NCBI GenBank assembly: GCA_964472415.1
Contig: CAYYLC010000001.1
Location: forward strand, 3,269 to 67,268
DNA: 64,000 nt
Source of the DNA: an uncultured Gammaproteobacteria bacterium
Lineage (GTDB): Bacteria; Patescibacteriota; Microgenomatia; Levybacterales; GWA1-39-11
Direction of reading: 5' to 3'
The notes under the pieces are model-generated. The model made no database searches, was not told the DNA's origin, and saw only the letters and a program-made list of their open reading frames with translations. Within the stretch, counting starts at the first letter, position 1, and each line of letters starts with the position of its first letter. The translations under genes and the position numbers were made by a program. Positions 47,474-56,902 of this stretch are shown here, piece by piece.

Positions 47474-47866
47474 ATGAGAGTAGCAGGAGTAAACATACCA
47501 GATGATAAAAGAGTCGATATTTCATTGACTTATATTTATGGTATTGGAAGAAAAACTGTGTACGAAATTTTGGAAATAGCAGACGTTGATCCTTCAACGA
47601 GAACAAAGGATTTGAGTGAAGATCAGATTATTAAGATTCAGAAGACGCTTGATAAGTATAAGATAGAAGGAGATTTGCGAGCAGATATCGTATCAAATGT
47701 TAAACGACTGAGAGATATTAATTCATATCGAGGAATGAGGCATACTCGCGGACTTCCTGCTCGAGGGCAAAGAACTCGATCAAATGCTCGAACAAAGAGG
47801 GGTAAGAGGGTAACAATTGGAGCAGTGAGAAAAGATGTAGCTGAGAGAATGGCTGCAGGAAAATAA
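47474..47866 (+). CDS. rpsM: 30S ribosomal protein S13
   Basis: LTYIYGIG, YRGMRH, RGQRTRSNART. Confidence 0.98.
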   Translation: MRVAGVNIPDDKRVDISLTYIYGIGRKTVYEILEIADVDPSTRTKDLSEDQIIKIQKTLDKYKIEGDLRADIVSNVKRLRDINSYRGMRHTRGLPARGQRTRSNARTKRGKRVTIGAVRKDVAERMAAGK

Positions 47867-47871
47867 TATAT

Positions 47872-48270
47872 ATGGCACAAGCAGTAAAAAATAAAAAACC
47901 GGCAAAGAAGTCTACAGTTGTGACAACTGGAAAGGGGAAAATCTTTGTAGGGACGACATTTAATAACACAATCGTAACCATTACGAATGAAAAGGGAGAT
48001 GTAGTTTCGTGGAGTAGTAGTGGAAAAGCAGGATTTAAAGGAACGAGAAAATCTACTCCATATGCTGCAACGCTTGCGGTAGAGGCGGCGTTGGGGAAAG
48101 CACGAGAGGTGGGAATAAAGACCCTTGACGTCTATATTAAAGGTCCAGGAGTTGGGCGAGATGCATCACTCCGAGCTCTCAGAAATTCCGGTATGGGAAT
48201 TTCGATGATTGCAGATGTGACGCCTATTCCACACAATGGTCCACGACAGAAGAAACGGAGGAGAGTTTAA
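47872..48270 (+). CDS. rpsK: 30S ribosomal protein S11
   Basis: TFNNT, KSTPYAA, DVTPIPHNG. Confidence 0.98.
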   Translation: MAQAVKNKKPAKKSTVVTTGKGKIFVGTTFNNTIVTITNEKGDVVSWSSSGKAGFKGTRKSTPYAATLAVEAALGKAREVGIKTLDVYIKGPGVGRDASLRALRNSGMGISMIADVTPIPHNGPRQKKRRRV

Positions 48271-48273
48271 TCT

Positions 48274-48882
48274 ATGGCACGATATATAGGTCCAAAACAC
48301 AAACTAGCGCGACGAGAAGGGGTGAATATCCTCGGAAAGTCTTCTCCGTCTCTTGAGAGGCGTTTAAATGTGCTTCCTGGCGCCTTGAATCGCCGTGGGA
48401 GATTCTCTCGACCGACTGAATATGGTCTCCAGCTTAGAGAAAAGCAGAAATTGAAGAGGATTTATGGCATGATGGAGAAACAGTTTAGAAAATATGTGGC
48501 GGAGGCTGAGAGAATGAAAGAAAATACGGATGAGGCACTTGTGCAGCTTTTGGAATCACGACTTGATAATATCGTATATCGCCTTGGATTCGCACAGAGT
48601 AGGCCGCAGGCTCGACAGATGGTTTCACACGGACATATATTAGTAGATGGGAAGAGAGTAGATATTCCATCCTATAAAGTAAAGGTAGGACAGAAGATTG
48701 AAGTATCAGAAAAATATGTTAAAAATGAGATTAACAAAAAGACTCTTGAAGATATCCAAATAGAGACATTACCGTTTCTGGCAAAGGGCAAGCTGAGTGG
48801 TGAGCTCAAAAGGATGCCAAAAAGTGAGGAAATTGTAAATCCAGTAGAATATCAGTTGGTTATTGAATTTTACTCAAGATAG
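48274..48882 (+). CDS. rpsD: 30S ribosomal protein S4
   Basis: QLREKQK, LESRLDN, ARQMVSHGH, IEFYSR. Confidence 0.98.
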   Translation: MARYIGPKHKLARREGVNILGKSSPSLERRLNVLPGALNRRGRFSRPTEYGLQLREKQKLKRIYGMMEKQFRKYVAEAERMKENTDEALVQLLESRLDNIVYRLGFAQSRPQARQMVSHGHILVDGKRVDIPSYKVKVGQKIEVSEKYVKNEINKKTLEDIQIETLPFLAKGKLSGELKRMPKSEEIVNPVEYQLVIEFYSR

Positions 48883-48897
48883 TAGTAAAATTAACAC

Positions 48898-49839
48898 TTG
48901 TTGAATATGAATAGACCAGTATTTCAATTAAAAGAAGAAAAAAAGGAAAACGGATATACTCAATTCGTTGTCGAGCCACTTGAGCCAGGTTTTGGACATA
49001 CGATGGGAGTAGCAATTCGCCGCGTACTTCTTACAAATATTCAGGGTGCAGCAGTTACTTCTGTAAAGATAGATGGTGTTCCCCATATGTTCTCTACACT
49101 TCCAGGATTAAAAGAAGACATTATTGAATTAATTTTTAATATCAAGACGCTCCGAGTAAAGCTTCCTGAAGAAGTATCAGTTGCACGACTTACTCTCACA
49201 AAGACAGGGCCAGGAGATATCACTGGAGCAGACATTGAAGCACATGATGGTGCAGAGGTCGTAGATGCAAAGCATTACCTTGGAAATCTTGCAGACAAGA
49301 AAGCAAAAATATCTATGGAGATGACTGTAGAGAAAGGTTTTGGTTATTCACTCTCAGGTGAGCGGGAAGTAACTACAGTAGGAGTTATTCCGATTGATGC
49401 AATCTTTACCCCAGTAACAAAAGTTAACTACAAAGTTGAACAGACTCGTGTAGGAGGTCAAACAAATTATGATAAACTCGTTCTTGAAGTAACAACTGAT
49501 GGGTCTGTTGATCCAAAAGAAGCAGTAGAGACTGCAAGTATGATTCTAGTGTCCTATTTTAAACAAGTATTCTCTCCTGCAGACTTAAATGAAGACTCTG
49601 AGGATGCTGAACCTTCTGAGGCACGAGTAAAACAGATAGGAGAAGACGTAACAGTGGATGAGCTCGATCTTCCGACAAGAATCTATAATAGCTTGAAAAA
49701 TGCAGGCATGGAAACAGTTGCAGATATTCTTAATACTCCTCGAAAAGAACTCATGACATATCGAAACTTAGGCGCAAAGTCGCTTTCAGTTATTGAAGAG
49801 GCACTCGATAAAAAAGGAATAGAGTTCAATACGAAATAA
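48898..49839 (+). CDS. rpoA: RNA polymerase alpha subunit
   Basis: EPLEPGFGHTMG, IDAIFTPV, NLGAKS; start is TTG 48898 or ATG 48907. Confidence 0.97.
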   Translation: MLNMNRPVFQLKEEKKENGYTQFVVEPLEPGFGHTMGVAIRRVLLTNIQGAAVTSVKIDGVPHMFSTLPGLKEDIIELIFNIKTLRVKLPEEVSVARLTLTKTGPGDITGADIEAHDGAEVVDAKHYLGNLADKKAKISMEMTVEKGFGYSLSGEREVTTVGVIPIDAIFTPVTKVNYKVEQTRVGGQTNYDKLVLEVTTDGSVDPKEAVETASMILVSYFKQVFSPADLNEDSEDAEPSEARVKQIGEDVTVDELDLPTRIYNSLKNAGMETVADILNTPRKELMTYRNLGAKSLSVIEEALDKKGIEFNTK

Positions 49840-49866
49840 ATAAATAGGTTCGGAATGAATACATAT

Positions 49867-49892
49867 ATGCGTCAAGAGGACGCATTTTTTTT
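49867..49892 (+). terminator. Intrinsic terminator between rpoA and rplQ
   Basis: ATGCGTC-AAGAG-GACGCAT followed by T7. Confidence 0.8.
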
Positions 49893-49906
49893 ACGAATGA
49901 TATATT

Positions 49907-50419
49907 ATGAAAAAGAAAGTATTTGGGAGAAGATTCAAAAAAGATATAAATCAGAGGAAGGCGTTATTTAAAAATTTGATACGCTCTCTTATTTTGAATG
50001 AGGAGATAAAGACAACTGAAGCAAAAGCAAAGTCTATCAAAGGACAAGTTGAAAAACTCGTAACAGTTGCAAAGAGAGGCGAAGATGCAGCATATCATTT
50101 AAATAAAGATATCAATGAGGATGCAGTGCGAAAGCTTGTTCAGGAGATTGGGCCACGATTTAAAGATCGACCAGGTGGATACACAAGAATTGTAAAATTA
50201 GGGAGCAGATTAAAAGATAATGCACCAATGGTGCTTCTCGAATTTGTCGAAAAGGGAGAAAGAGTAATTGAGAAAAGTGTAAAGAAAAAAGATGATAAAA
50301 AGAAAGAAGTGAAAACTGAAAAGAAAGAATTAAAAAAACCTACTGAAAAGAAAAGTGCTGTCGTAAAGACAAAAGCATCAGCGCCAAAAAAGACAGTAAC
50401 AAGGCAGAAAAAAGGATAA
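49907..50419 (+). CDS. rplQ: 50S ribosomal protein L17 with Lys-rich tail
   Basis: IKTTEAKAK, RPGGYTRI, DNAPM. Confidence 0.97.
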   Translation: MKKKVFGRRFKKDINQRKALFKNLIRSLILNEEIKTTEAKAKSIKGQVEKLVTVAKRGEDAAYHLNKDINEDAVRKLVQEIGPRFKDRPGGYTRIVKLGSRLKDNAPMVLLEFVEKGERVIEKSVKKKDDKKKEVKTEKKELKKPTEKKSAVVKTKASAPKKTVTRQKKG

Positions 50420-50425
50420 ATTATT

Positions 50426-50845
50426 ATGAAACAAACAACGCCAACAAAAATAAAAAATATACAGAGAAATTGGCATATTGTTGATGCTAAAGGAAAGATT
50501 TTGGGAAGAATTGCGACTGAGATTGCGCAGCATCTGATTGGAAAAAGAAAGCCATATTTCGTTCCGAATTTAGATTGCGGAGATAGTGTAGTAGTAATTA
50601 ATGCAAAGCGTGTTGAAGTTTCTGGAAATAAGGAAACACAAAAAAAATATACGAGATTTTCTGGATATCCAGGAGGATTGAAGGTAAGAAGATATAAAGA
50701 AGTAAAAGAGAATAGTCCTGAAGAAGTGCTGCGTCATGCAGTTCGTGGAATGCTCCCAAAAAATAAATTGCGAGATGGAATGTTAAAAAGACTGCATGTT
50801 TTCAATGAGGCTGAGCATACATTTACTGATAAATTTGCTAATTAG
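50426..50845 (+). CDS. rplM: 50S ribosomal protein L13
   Basis: LGRIAT, DCGD, SGYPGGL, GMLPKN. Confidence 0.98.
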   Translation: MKQTTPTKIKNIQRNWHIVDAKGKILGRIATEIAQHLIGKRKPYFVPNLDCGDSVVVINAKRVEVSGNKETQKKYTRFSGYPGGLKVRRYKEVKENSPEEVLRHAVRGMLPKNKLRDGMLKRLHVFNEAEHTFTDKFAN

Positions 50846-50851
50846 TAATAT

Positions 50852-51307
50852 ATGGCACGAGTAAAGAAAAATACAACAAAAGACTATATACAAACAGTTG
50901 GACGACGAAGGTCTGCAATTGCTCGCGTTCGACTTTATCCTTCTGTGAGAAAGGTTCAAGATAAAGAGTTAGAGCTTCAAAAAGGCGAAGTGTCAGTAAA
51001 TCATATGTTGATGAAGGACTACTTTAGATTCGAAGCGTATTACCCAAAGCTAAATAAATTTTTGAAAAATATGGGAGTGGAGGGGAAGTTTATATTTACG
51101 ATAAAAGTTGTTGGTGGAGGAGTTAATGGCCAGCTTGATGCGATGATTCATGGAATGGCACGCGCGCTTGATAAACAAGATTCTGATACGTATCACGATA
51201 TCCTAAAAGAAGGTGGATATCTAACACGCGATGCACGAGTTAGAGAGCGAAGAAAGGTGGGAACTGGGGGAAAAGCGCGAAGGAAGAAGCAGTCGCCTAA
51301 GAGGTAG
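50852..51307 (+). CDS. rpsI: 30S ribosomal protein S9
   Basis: GRRR, GGG..GQ, LTRDARVRERRK, QSPKR. Confidence 0.97.
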   Translation: MARVKKNTTKDYIQTVGRRRSAIARVRLYPSVRKVQDKELELQKGEVSVNHMLMKDYFRFEAYYPKLNKFLKNMGVEGKFIFTIKVVGGGVNGQLDAMIHGMARALDKQDSDTYHDILKEGGYLTRDARVRERRKVGTGGKARRKKQSPKR

Positions 51308-51767
51308 TTTCGATAATTTTTAAAACTTCGCTTATTATATCCCAATTGTATCCTCGCATTTTGAGCCTATTGATAATTTTTTTTTCACGATCATTTTTCG
51401 GGAGCTTTTCAAGTTGATGAATGCGCTTTTGAATATATTCTTTTGCAATCTCTAAATCATCTTTTGCCTCATTGAGTACTTCTTCGGAAGTGTCTGGAGA
51501 TACTCCTTTTAACTTTAATTCGAATGATATATTTCTTTTACTCTTTCCACGCAATTGCTTAGAATTTACAAAAGTTCGAGCGAACTCTGTATCATTTAAA
51601 AATTTATAATCCAGGAGTTTTTGGATAGTTTCTGAGATTTCTTGTTCGGAAAAGTCCTTTTTTTGCAAGTAGTCCCGAATCTCTTTAATACTGCGTTGCC
51701 TATATGAAAGATATTTTAATGCTTTATTAAATGGGGATTGAAGATTTGTATCACTCTTCCTCTTCAT
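51297..51767 (-). CDS. recX: Regulatory protein RecX
   Basis: [28 protein letters not shown]; directly downstream of recA. Confidence 0.9.
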   Translation of the reverse strand: MKRKSDTNLQSPFNKALKYLSYRQRSIKEIRDYLQKKDFSEQEISETIQKLLDYKFLNDTEFARTFVNSKQLRGKSKRNISFELKLKGVSPDTSEEVLNEAKDDLEIAKEYIQKRIHQLEKLPKNDREKKIINRLKMRGYNWDIISEVLKIIETTS

Positions 51768-52836
51768 TATTTTCAACTCCTACGGCTATTTTTGATCCAT
51801 TTGTTTTTATTTTTTCCAATACTTCCTTCTTAATTTTTTCAGTTATATTAGGATTTTCTTTCAGGTGCTGTTTTGCTGCTTCTCGTCCTTGGCCAATTAT
51901 TTCTCCTTCGTATCGTAAGAATGCACCATTCTTTTCGATAATACCAAACTCGATTCCAACATCTAACACCCCTCCCTCTTTAGAAATTCCATCTGACATA
52001 ATATCAAATTCTGCAATCCGAAAAGGTGGTGCAACTTTATTTTTTACTACCTTTACTCGAGAGCGCGTTCCGATGACTTTATCTCCTTGCTTGAGTGTCT
52101 CAATGCGTCTGATATCAAGCCTGACTGAGGCATAAAATTTTAGTGCGAGTCCTCCCGGGGTGGTTTCTGGATTCCCAAACATAATGCCAATTTTCTGCCG
52201 GAGTTGATTGGTGAATACGAGAACGGTTTTACTCTTTGAGATGATTCCTGTTAATTTTCTGAGTGCTTGTGACATTAGTCTTGCTTGCACTCCCACCATC
52301 GCGTCTCCCATCTCTCCTTCAATTTCAGCTCGAGGCACGAGCGCAGCAACAGAATCAACTACTACGACATCTACTCCTCCGCTCCTAATAAGTTGCTCAG
52401 TAATCTCTAGTGCTTGTTCTCCGGTGTCGGGTTGCGAAATCAGAAGTTCATCAAGATTTACCCCAATAGTCTGCGCCCACATTGGATCAAGAGCGTGCTC
52501 TGCATCAATAAATGCTACAACGCCACCTTTTTTCTGTGCCTCTGCGATAAGGGAGAGTGAAACAGTAGTTTTTCCAGATGCTTCAGGACCATAGATTTCT
52601 ACTACACGCCCTCTGGGGAGGCCGCCTACGCCGAGTGCAATATCAAGGGGAAATGCTCCTGTTGGAATAACATCAATTGCAACTTTGCCACTTGAGTCGC
52701 CGAATTTCATAATGGAACCTTTTCCATACTGCTTTTCTATCTGCTCCATCGCCATTTTGATGGCGAGCTCTCGTCCTGATTCGGGGACTGGACCTTTGGG
52801 GATTGCTTTTGTAGTTTTGCTTGATGCACGAGCCAT
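51751..52836 (-). CDS. recA: Recombinase A
   Basis: [42 protein letters not shown]; ATG 52836 preferred as start. Confidence 0.99.
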   Translation of the reverse strand: MARASSKTTKAIPKGPVPESGRELAIKMAMEQIEKQYGKGSIMKFGDSSGKVAIDVIPTGAFPLDIALGVGGLPRGRVVEIYGPEASGKTTVSLSLIAEAQKKGGVVAFIDAEHALDPMWAQTIGVNLDELLISQPDTGEQALEITEQLIRSGGVDVVVVDSVAALVPRAEIEGEMGDAMVGVQARLMSQALRKLTGIISKSKTVLVFTNQLRQKIGIMFGNPETTPGGLALKFYASVRLDIRRIETLKQGDKVIGTRSRVKVVKNKVAPPFRIAEFDIMSDGISKEGGVLDVGIEFGIIEKNGAFLRYEGEIIGQGREAAKQHLKENPNITEKIKKEVLEKIKTNGSKIAVGVENNEEEE

Positions 52837-52937
52837 AATATAGTTCCATTGTAGCAAGTTTCATGGCGATTACAATACTGTAGAGATATAGTTTTTAATT
52901 CTTATCATAGACAGTATCTGATACAATAGTGAACACT

Positions 52938-53008
52938 CGGGGTGTAGTTTAACGGTAGAATGCGCGGCTGGGGGTCGTGCGGCTGGAGTTCAATTCTCCG
53001 CACCCCGA
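52938..53008 (+). tRNA. tRNA-Pro (GGG), CCA not encoded
   Basis: Acceptor stem CGGGGTG/CACCCCG, D arm GTTT/GAAT, anticodon loop CT-GGG-GG, T loop TTCAATT. Confidence 0.93.
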
Positions 53009-53098
53009 CAAGAAAAGCCAAGAGCACACACATTATATCTGGCTTAATAAGCGTCAAGACTGTGCCTTATCTTTTTTATAGATTTAACATCATATTTT

Positions 53099-53380
53099 AT
53101 GAAACTGAATATTAATAAAATCAACAGGAAGCTTAAATCTCTGAGTGGGTGGAATTTTTCTGATGATAATCTCGTAAAAACATTTCAGTTTAAAGATTTC
53201 CTTGAGTCTATACATTTTATAAATGATATTTCGAAAATTGCGGAAAAGCATGATCATCATCCTGATATTTTAATTCAATATAGTAAAGTTACTCTTTCTC
53301 TTTCTACGCACGATGAAGGTGGTGTAACAGAAAAAGATTTTAGTCTCGCTGAAGAAATAGAATCGCAGTATGAAAATTAA
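53099..53380 (+). CDS. Pterin-4-alpha-carbinolamine dehydratase
   Basis: HHPD, LSTHD.GG.T.KDF.LA. Confidence 0.92.
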   Translation: MKLNINKINRKLKSLSGWNFSDDNLVKTFQFKDFLESIHFINDISKIAEKHDHHPDILIQYSKVTLSLSTHDEGGVTEKDFSLAEEIESQYEN

Positions 53381-54011
53381 AATTAAAAAATTTGAACATT
53401 CTTGTTTATTAGTAGAGATTGATAATAAGAAATTTTTATATGATCCTGGGGATTATTCTCGGAATACATTGTTAGAGAATAAAAACAATCTAGAAGGATT
53501 GGATTATCTTTTGGTAACGCATGAACATTTTGATCATTGTAATAGTTCTTTGATAGAAGAGATTGCATCGTTCAATAAAAATCTGAAAATTATTGCACCA
53601 AAGTCTGTTATGAAGAAAATAGCATTGGGAAGCTATAATACTCAGAGCACTGGTGATGAAATAGTGTCTATAGAAAATGCTCCTCATGAGTATTTGCTGG
53701 ATATGAAAGTGCCCGAGAATTTTAGTATTACTGTTATGGATGCGCTGACTCATGTTGGAGATTCATTACAGTTTAAAAAAACTGCTGATGTTCTTGCGCT
53801 CCCAATTCAAGCTCCTTGGGGGAGCATGACTGAAGCTGCATTATATGCATTATCAGCAAAGCCAAGATATATAATTCCTATTCATGACTGGCATTGGAAG
53901 GATGAAGTTAGAAAAAGTATGTACGAGAGGCTCGAAAATTTCTTTAAAAATCATAATATTAAGTTTCTTAATATATATGGAAAAGAGAGCGTAGAGATAG
54001 ATTTACGATGA
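53370..54011 (+). CDS. MBL-fold metallo-hydrolase
   Basis: HSC, DPG, THEHFDH, HVGDS, IPIHD. Confidence 0.88.
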   Translation: MKIKIKKFEHSCLLVEIDNKKFLYDPGDYSRNTLLENKNNLEGLDYLLVTHEHFDHCNSSLIEEIASFNKNLKIIAPKSVMKKIALGSYNTQSTGDEIVSIENAPHEYLLDMKVPENFSITVMDALTHVGDSLQFKKTADVLALPIQAPWGSMTEAALYALSAKPRYIIPIHDWHWKDEVRKSMYERLENFFKNHNIKFLNIYGKESVEIDLR

Positions 54012-54721
54012 AGAAACTTGCAGTATTTGATATCGATGGGACTCTATTCCGCTCAAGTCTTCTGATAGAGCTAACAAATGAGCTAATTTTAAGAAAAATA
54101 TTTCCAAAATCTACAAGAATAGAAATAGATAAAGATTTTAAAGCATGGGTAAATAGAGAGGGAGATTACGAGAGCTATATAAGGAAGGTAATCAATAGTT
54201 ATGAGGATAATATTGTGGGGTGTCTTGAAAGAGACATAGAGAGATGTGCCATAGATGTTCTCGAGAAAGAAAAAAGAAAGCTATATAGGTACACTCGTAA
54301 TTTGATTCAAGAATTAAAATCAAGAAACTATTTTCTTTTTGCAATTTCGGGTTCGCCAGGGCATATATTAACGAGTTTTGCAAAAGATATGGGTTTTGAT
54401 AAATATCTTGGCGGATATTATGAGATCGTTGATGGGAAGTTTACGGGAAGGCAGCCTTTTGGTAATCCTTCATATGATAAGAAAAAAACCCTTACTCAAT
54501 TTCTTGAAAAAAATAGGGATGGTATTAATCTTGAGGATTCAATTGGTGTTGGGGATACAGAATCCGATATAGCTTTTCTAGAAATGGTGGATAATCCGAT
54601 CGCATTTAATCCAAACAAAAGGCTTGTTGACCATGCAAAGAGAAGAGGGTGGAAAATAATAATTGAAAGAAAAGATGTAATCTATGATATTTCAAAGTTT
54701 GAACTTCTTCAAGCTTCTTGA
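54008..54721 (+). CDS. HAD-IB family phosphatase
   Basis: FDIDGT, ISGS, GDTESD, NP. Confidence 0.88.
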   Translation: MKKLAVFDIDGTLFRSSLLIELTNELILRKIFPKSTRIEIDKDFKAWVNREGDYESYIRKVINSYEDNIVGCLERDIERCAIDVLEKEKRKLYRYTRNLIQELKSRNYFLFAISGSPGHILTSFAKDMGFDKYLGGYYEIVDGKFTGRQPFGNPSYDKKKTLTQFLEKNRDGINLEDSIGVGDTESDIAFLEMVDNPIAFNPNKRLVDHAKRRGWKIIIERKDVIYDISKFELLQAS

Positions 54722-54753
54722 CTTTTTTTTCAAATAACGCTTCAATATAATCA

Positions 54754-55236
54754 ATGGCTAAAATTTATATAGCACTACTCAGAATTAGTATTGGATTCAT
54801 TTTCATTTGGACGTTTTTAGATAAGCTTTTTGGTTTAGGATTCTCGACAGATCCAGCAAAATCATGGATTGCAGGTTCTTCTCCCACTGCAGGGTATTTA
54901 TCAAACGCTACATATGGTCCATTTGCAGAAGTATTTCAGAGTCTTATGAGTAATCCGGTTACCGATTGGTTATTTATGCTTGGGATGCTTGGTGTAGGAG
55001 TTGCTTTTATTTTAGGTATTGCGTTGAAATTTTCTTCTTATGCCGGAGCACTGATGATGGGGCTTTTTTATCTATCAGCTTTTCCTCCAGCAACAAACCC
55101 CTTGGTGGATAATCATGTAATTTATGCTTTAGTATTATTATTTTTAGGTCAGTCTGATGCAGCAAGTCATTTAGGGGTAGGAAAAAAATGGAATAAAAGC
55201 TTGATTGTAAGGAAATTTCCCTTGCTTCGAAATTAA
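54754..55236 (+). CDS. DoxX-family membrane protein
   Basis: LRISIG..F.WTFLDKLFG, WIAG.SPT.GYL, NPLVD.H. Confidence 0.8.
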   Translation: MAKIYIALLRISIGFIFIWTFLDKLFGLGFSTDPAKSWIAGSSPTAGYLSNATYGPFAEVFQSLMSNPVTDWLFMLGMLGVGVAFILGIALKFSSYAGALMMGLFYLSAFPPATNPLVDNHVIYALVLLFLGQSDAASHLGVGKKWNKSLIVRKFPLLRN

Positions 55237-55252
55237 AATTTTATAAATTCTT

Positions 55253-56902
55253 CTACCAGTCTTTTTTCAGGTGATTCATTGCATAGTCCAGGTCACCATG
55301 GACTTTTTTTCGGGGATTAAATATATTTTCTGGATCAAAAATCTTTTTTGTTTCTTCAAATAATTTAACAACATTCTTCCCATACATTTCTTCAAGATAA
55401 GGAGTTCTTATCAATCCATCATTGTGTTCTCCAGTTATAGATCCTTTGTATTTTGCAATGACTTTATAGACTTGATCAGAGATTTCTGGGATTGCAGTTC
55501 TTACTTTTGGGTTTCTGATATCCACCAAAGGAATGATGTGAAAATTACCATCGCCCACATGGCCTGCAACGGTAAAAATAAATTTAGGATGCTTTTTTAA
55601 GATGTCGGTTACTTGAGGGATAACTTCTGCTATATCACGAGGATTTATTACAAAATCGTCTATAAAAGGAGCAGTATGTTTGTTTCTAATCTTCTTTCTA
55701 AGGAGGTTAAAGCTTTCACGTCTAACAAGCCAATATTTTTTTTGCTCTTCTTCTTCTGCTGTTTGAGTTAGAACACGGAGAGGTTTTAATCTTTCTCTCA
55801 GTAGGTTTAATTTATCCTTTACTTCATCAGGATTGTTTCCAGCAAATTCTACCTGAAGTACAAGGCTTGGCAGCCTTTTGCCTGTAAATAGAGAAATAAA
55901 AGCAGGCATGAAAGCTAGTCCTGCTTGAACCATCCCTATCGGTCCAAGCTGTTTGAGAAATTCTGGGAAATATTTTAGAGCAAGTCTGAGTGTGTTATTA
56001 TCATATGATTCAAAACTTTCAGGGTTTAGGGCCAGTACTTCATCTATGATTTTTCCGAGATGAGTCATACTTCTGAGGTAGATTATAAGCATTCCGCTAT
56101 GCTTCTTTTCATCTACCAGCTCTAAGTCTCCTTCAAGCATCATTCCCAATGTTCCTTGTGCCCCTGCCCATAATTGAGTAAGGTCAAAAGTTTTATTTTC
56201 TTTGTCATATACATTCCAAAGAGAATACCCGGCAGAGTTTTTCGATACATTGGGCTTTGCCTTCATTATAGTTTCATAATTATTATTTATAAGATTATAC
56301 ATTTTTTTATAGATTTCACCTTCAAAATTTTTCTGTGCCATTTTCTTTTTAAGTTCTTCTTCGCTTAATTTCTTTAATTCGTAGGCATTCCCGTCACTAA
56401 GAACTACTTTTATCCGTCTTATATATTTTTCTGTTTTCCCATATTGCAGCGATTTTTCTCCACCAGAATTATTATTAATAATTCCACCCATAGCACACAA
56501 TCCTTTTGAAGCTGGATAAGAGGGGAAGATGAGATTTTTTTCTAGGGTTTTTTCCTCAAAGTCACGGTAGAATACGCCGGGTTGTACGGTTGCTACGTTT
56601 CCGGTTATTTTAGGATCTTTATTAAAATATTTTGTGAAAGATATAATTATCGATTCATTGATTGCCCCTCCGCTCATATCCGTCCCCGCTGAGCGTCCAG
56701 TCAGTGATAGATTGGGATTATCTAATTTGTGATTATTTACAAATTTCACTAAAGCCTTTACGTCGCTTTCGTCTTTTGGGAAAACTACAACCTGAGGTTT
56801 TATTTCAAATAAAGAAGCATCATGGCTATATTCTGAGAGAGTTGCTTCATCATTGAAAACATCGCCCTTAATAACCTTTTTTAATTCTTTCGATAAATCC
56901 AT
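55253..56902 (-). CDS. FAD-linked oxidoreductase (GlcD/D-2-hydroxyacid dehydrogenase family), paralog 2
   Basis: AGTDMSG, GAQGTLG, GHVGDGNFH, GEHNDG, FDP..FNP. Confidence 0.85.
   Translation of the reverse strand: MDLSKELKKVIKGDVFNDEATLSEYSHDASLFEIKPQVVVFPKDESDVKALVKFVNNHKLDNPNLSLTGRSAGTDMSGGAINESIIISFTKYFNKDPKITGNVATVQPGVFYRDFEEKTLEKNLIFPSYPASKGLCAMGGIINNNSGGEKSLQYGKTEKYIRRIKVVLSDGNAYELKKLSEEELKKKMAQKNFEGEIYKKMYNLINNNYETIMKAKPNVSKNSAGYSLWNVYDKENKTFDLTQLWAGAQGTLGMMLEGDLELVDEKKHSGMLIIYLRSMTHLGKIIDEVLALNPESFESYDNNTLRLALKYFPEFLKQLGPIGMVQAGLAFMPAFISLFTGKRLPSLVLQVEFAGNNPDEVKDKLNLLRERLKPLRVLTQTAEEEEQKKYWLVRRESFNLLRKKIRNKHTAPFIDDFVINPRDIAEVIPQVTDILKKHPKFIFTVAGHVGDGNFHIIPLVDIRNPKVRTAIPEISDQVYKVIAKYKGSITGEHNDGLIRTPYLEEMYGKNVVKLFEETKKIFDPENIFNPRKKVHGDLDYAMNHLKKDW

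Noticed and set aside
52837-52857. TTG-started extension of recA (MLQWNYI)
   Set aside because: It coincides with the extended -10 element TGCTACAAT; ATG 52836 fits better.
52938-54721. tRNA-Pro as an integration site for the downstream AT-rich genes
   Set aside because: No integrase and no duplicated tRNA 3' end were seen in the window.
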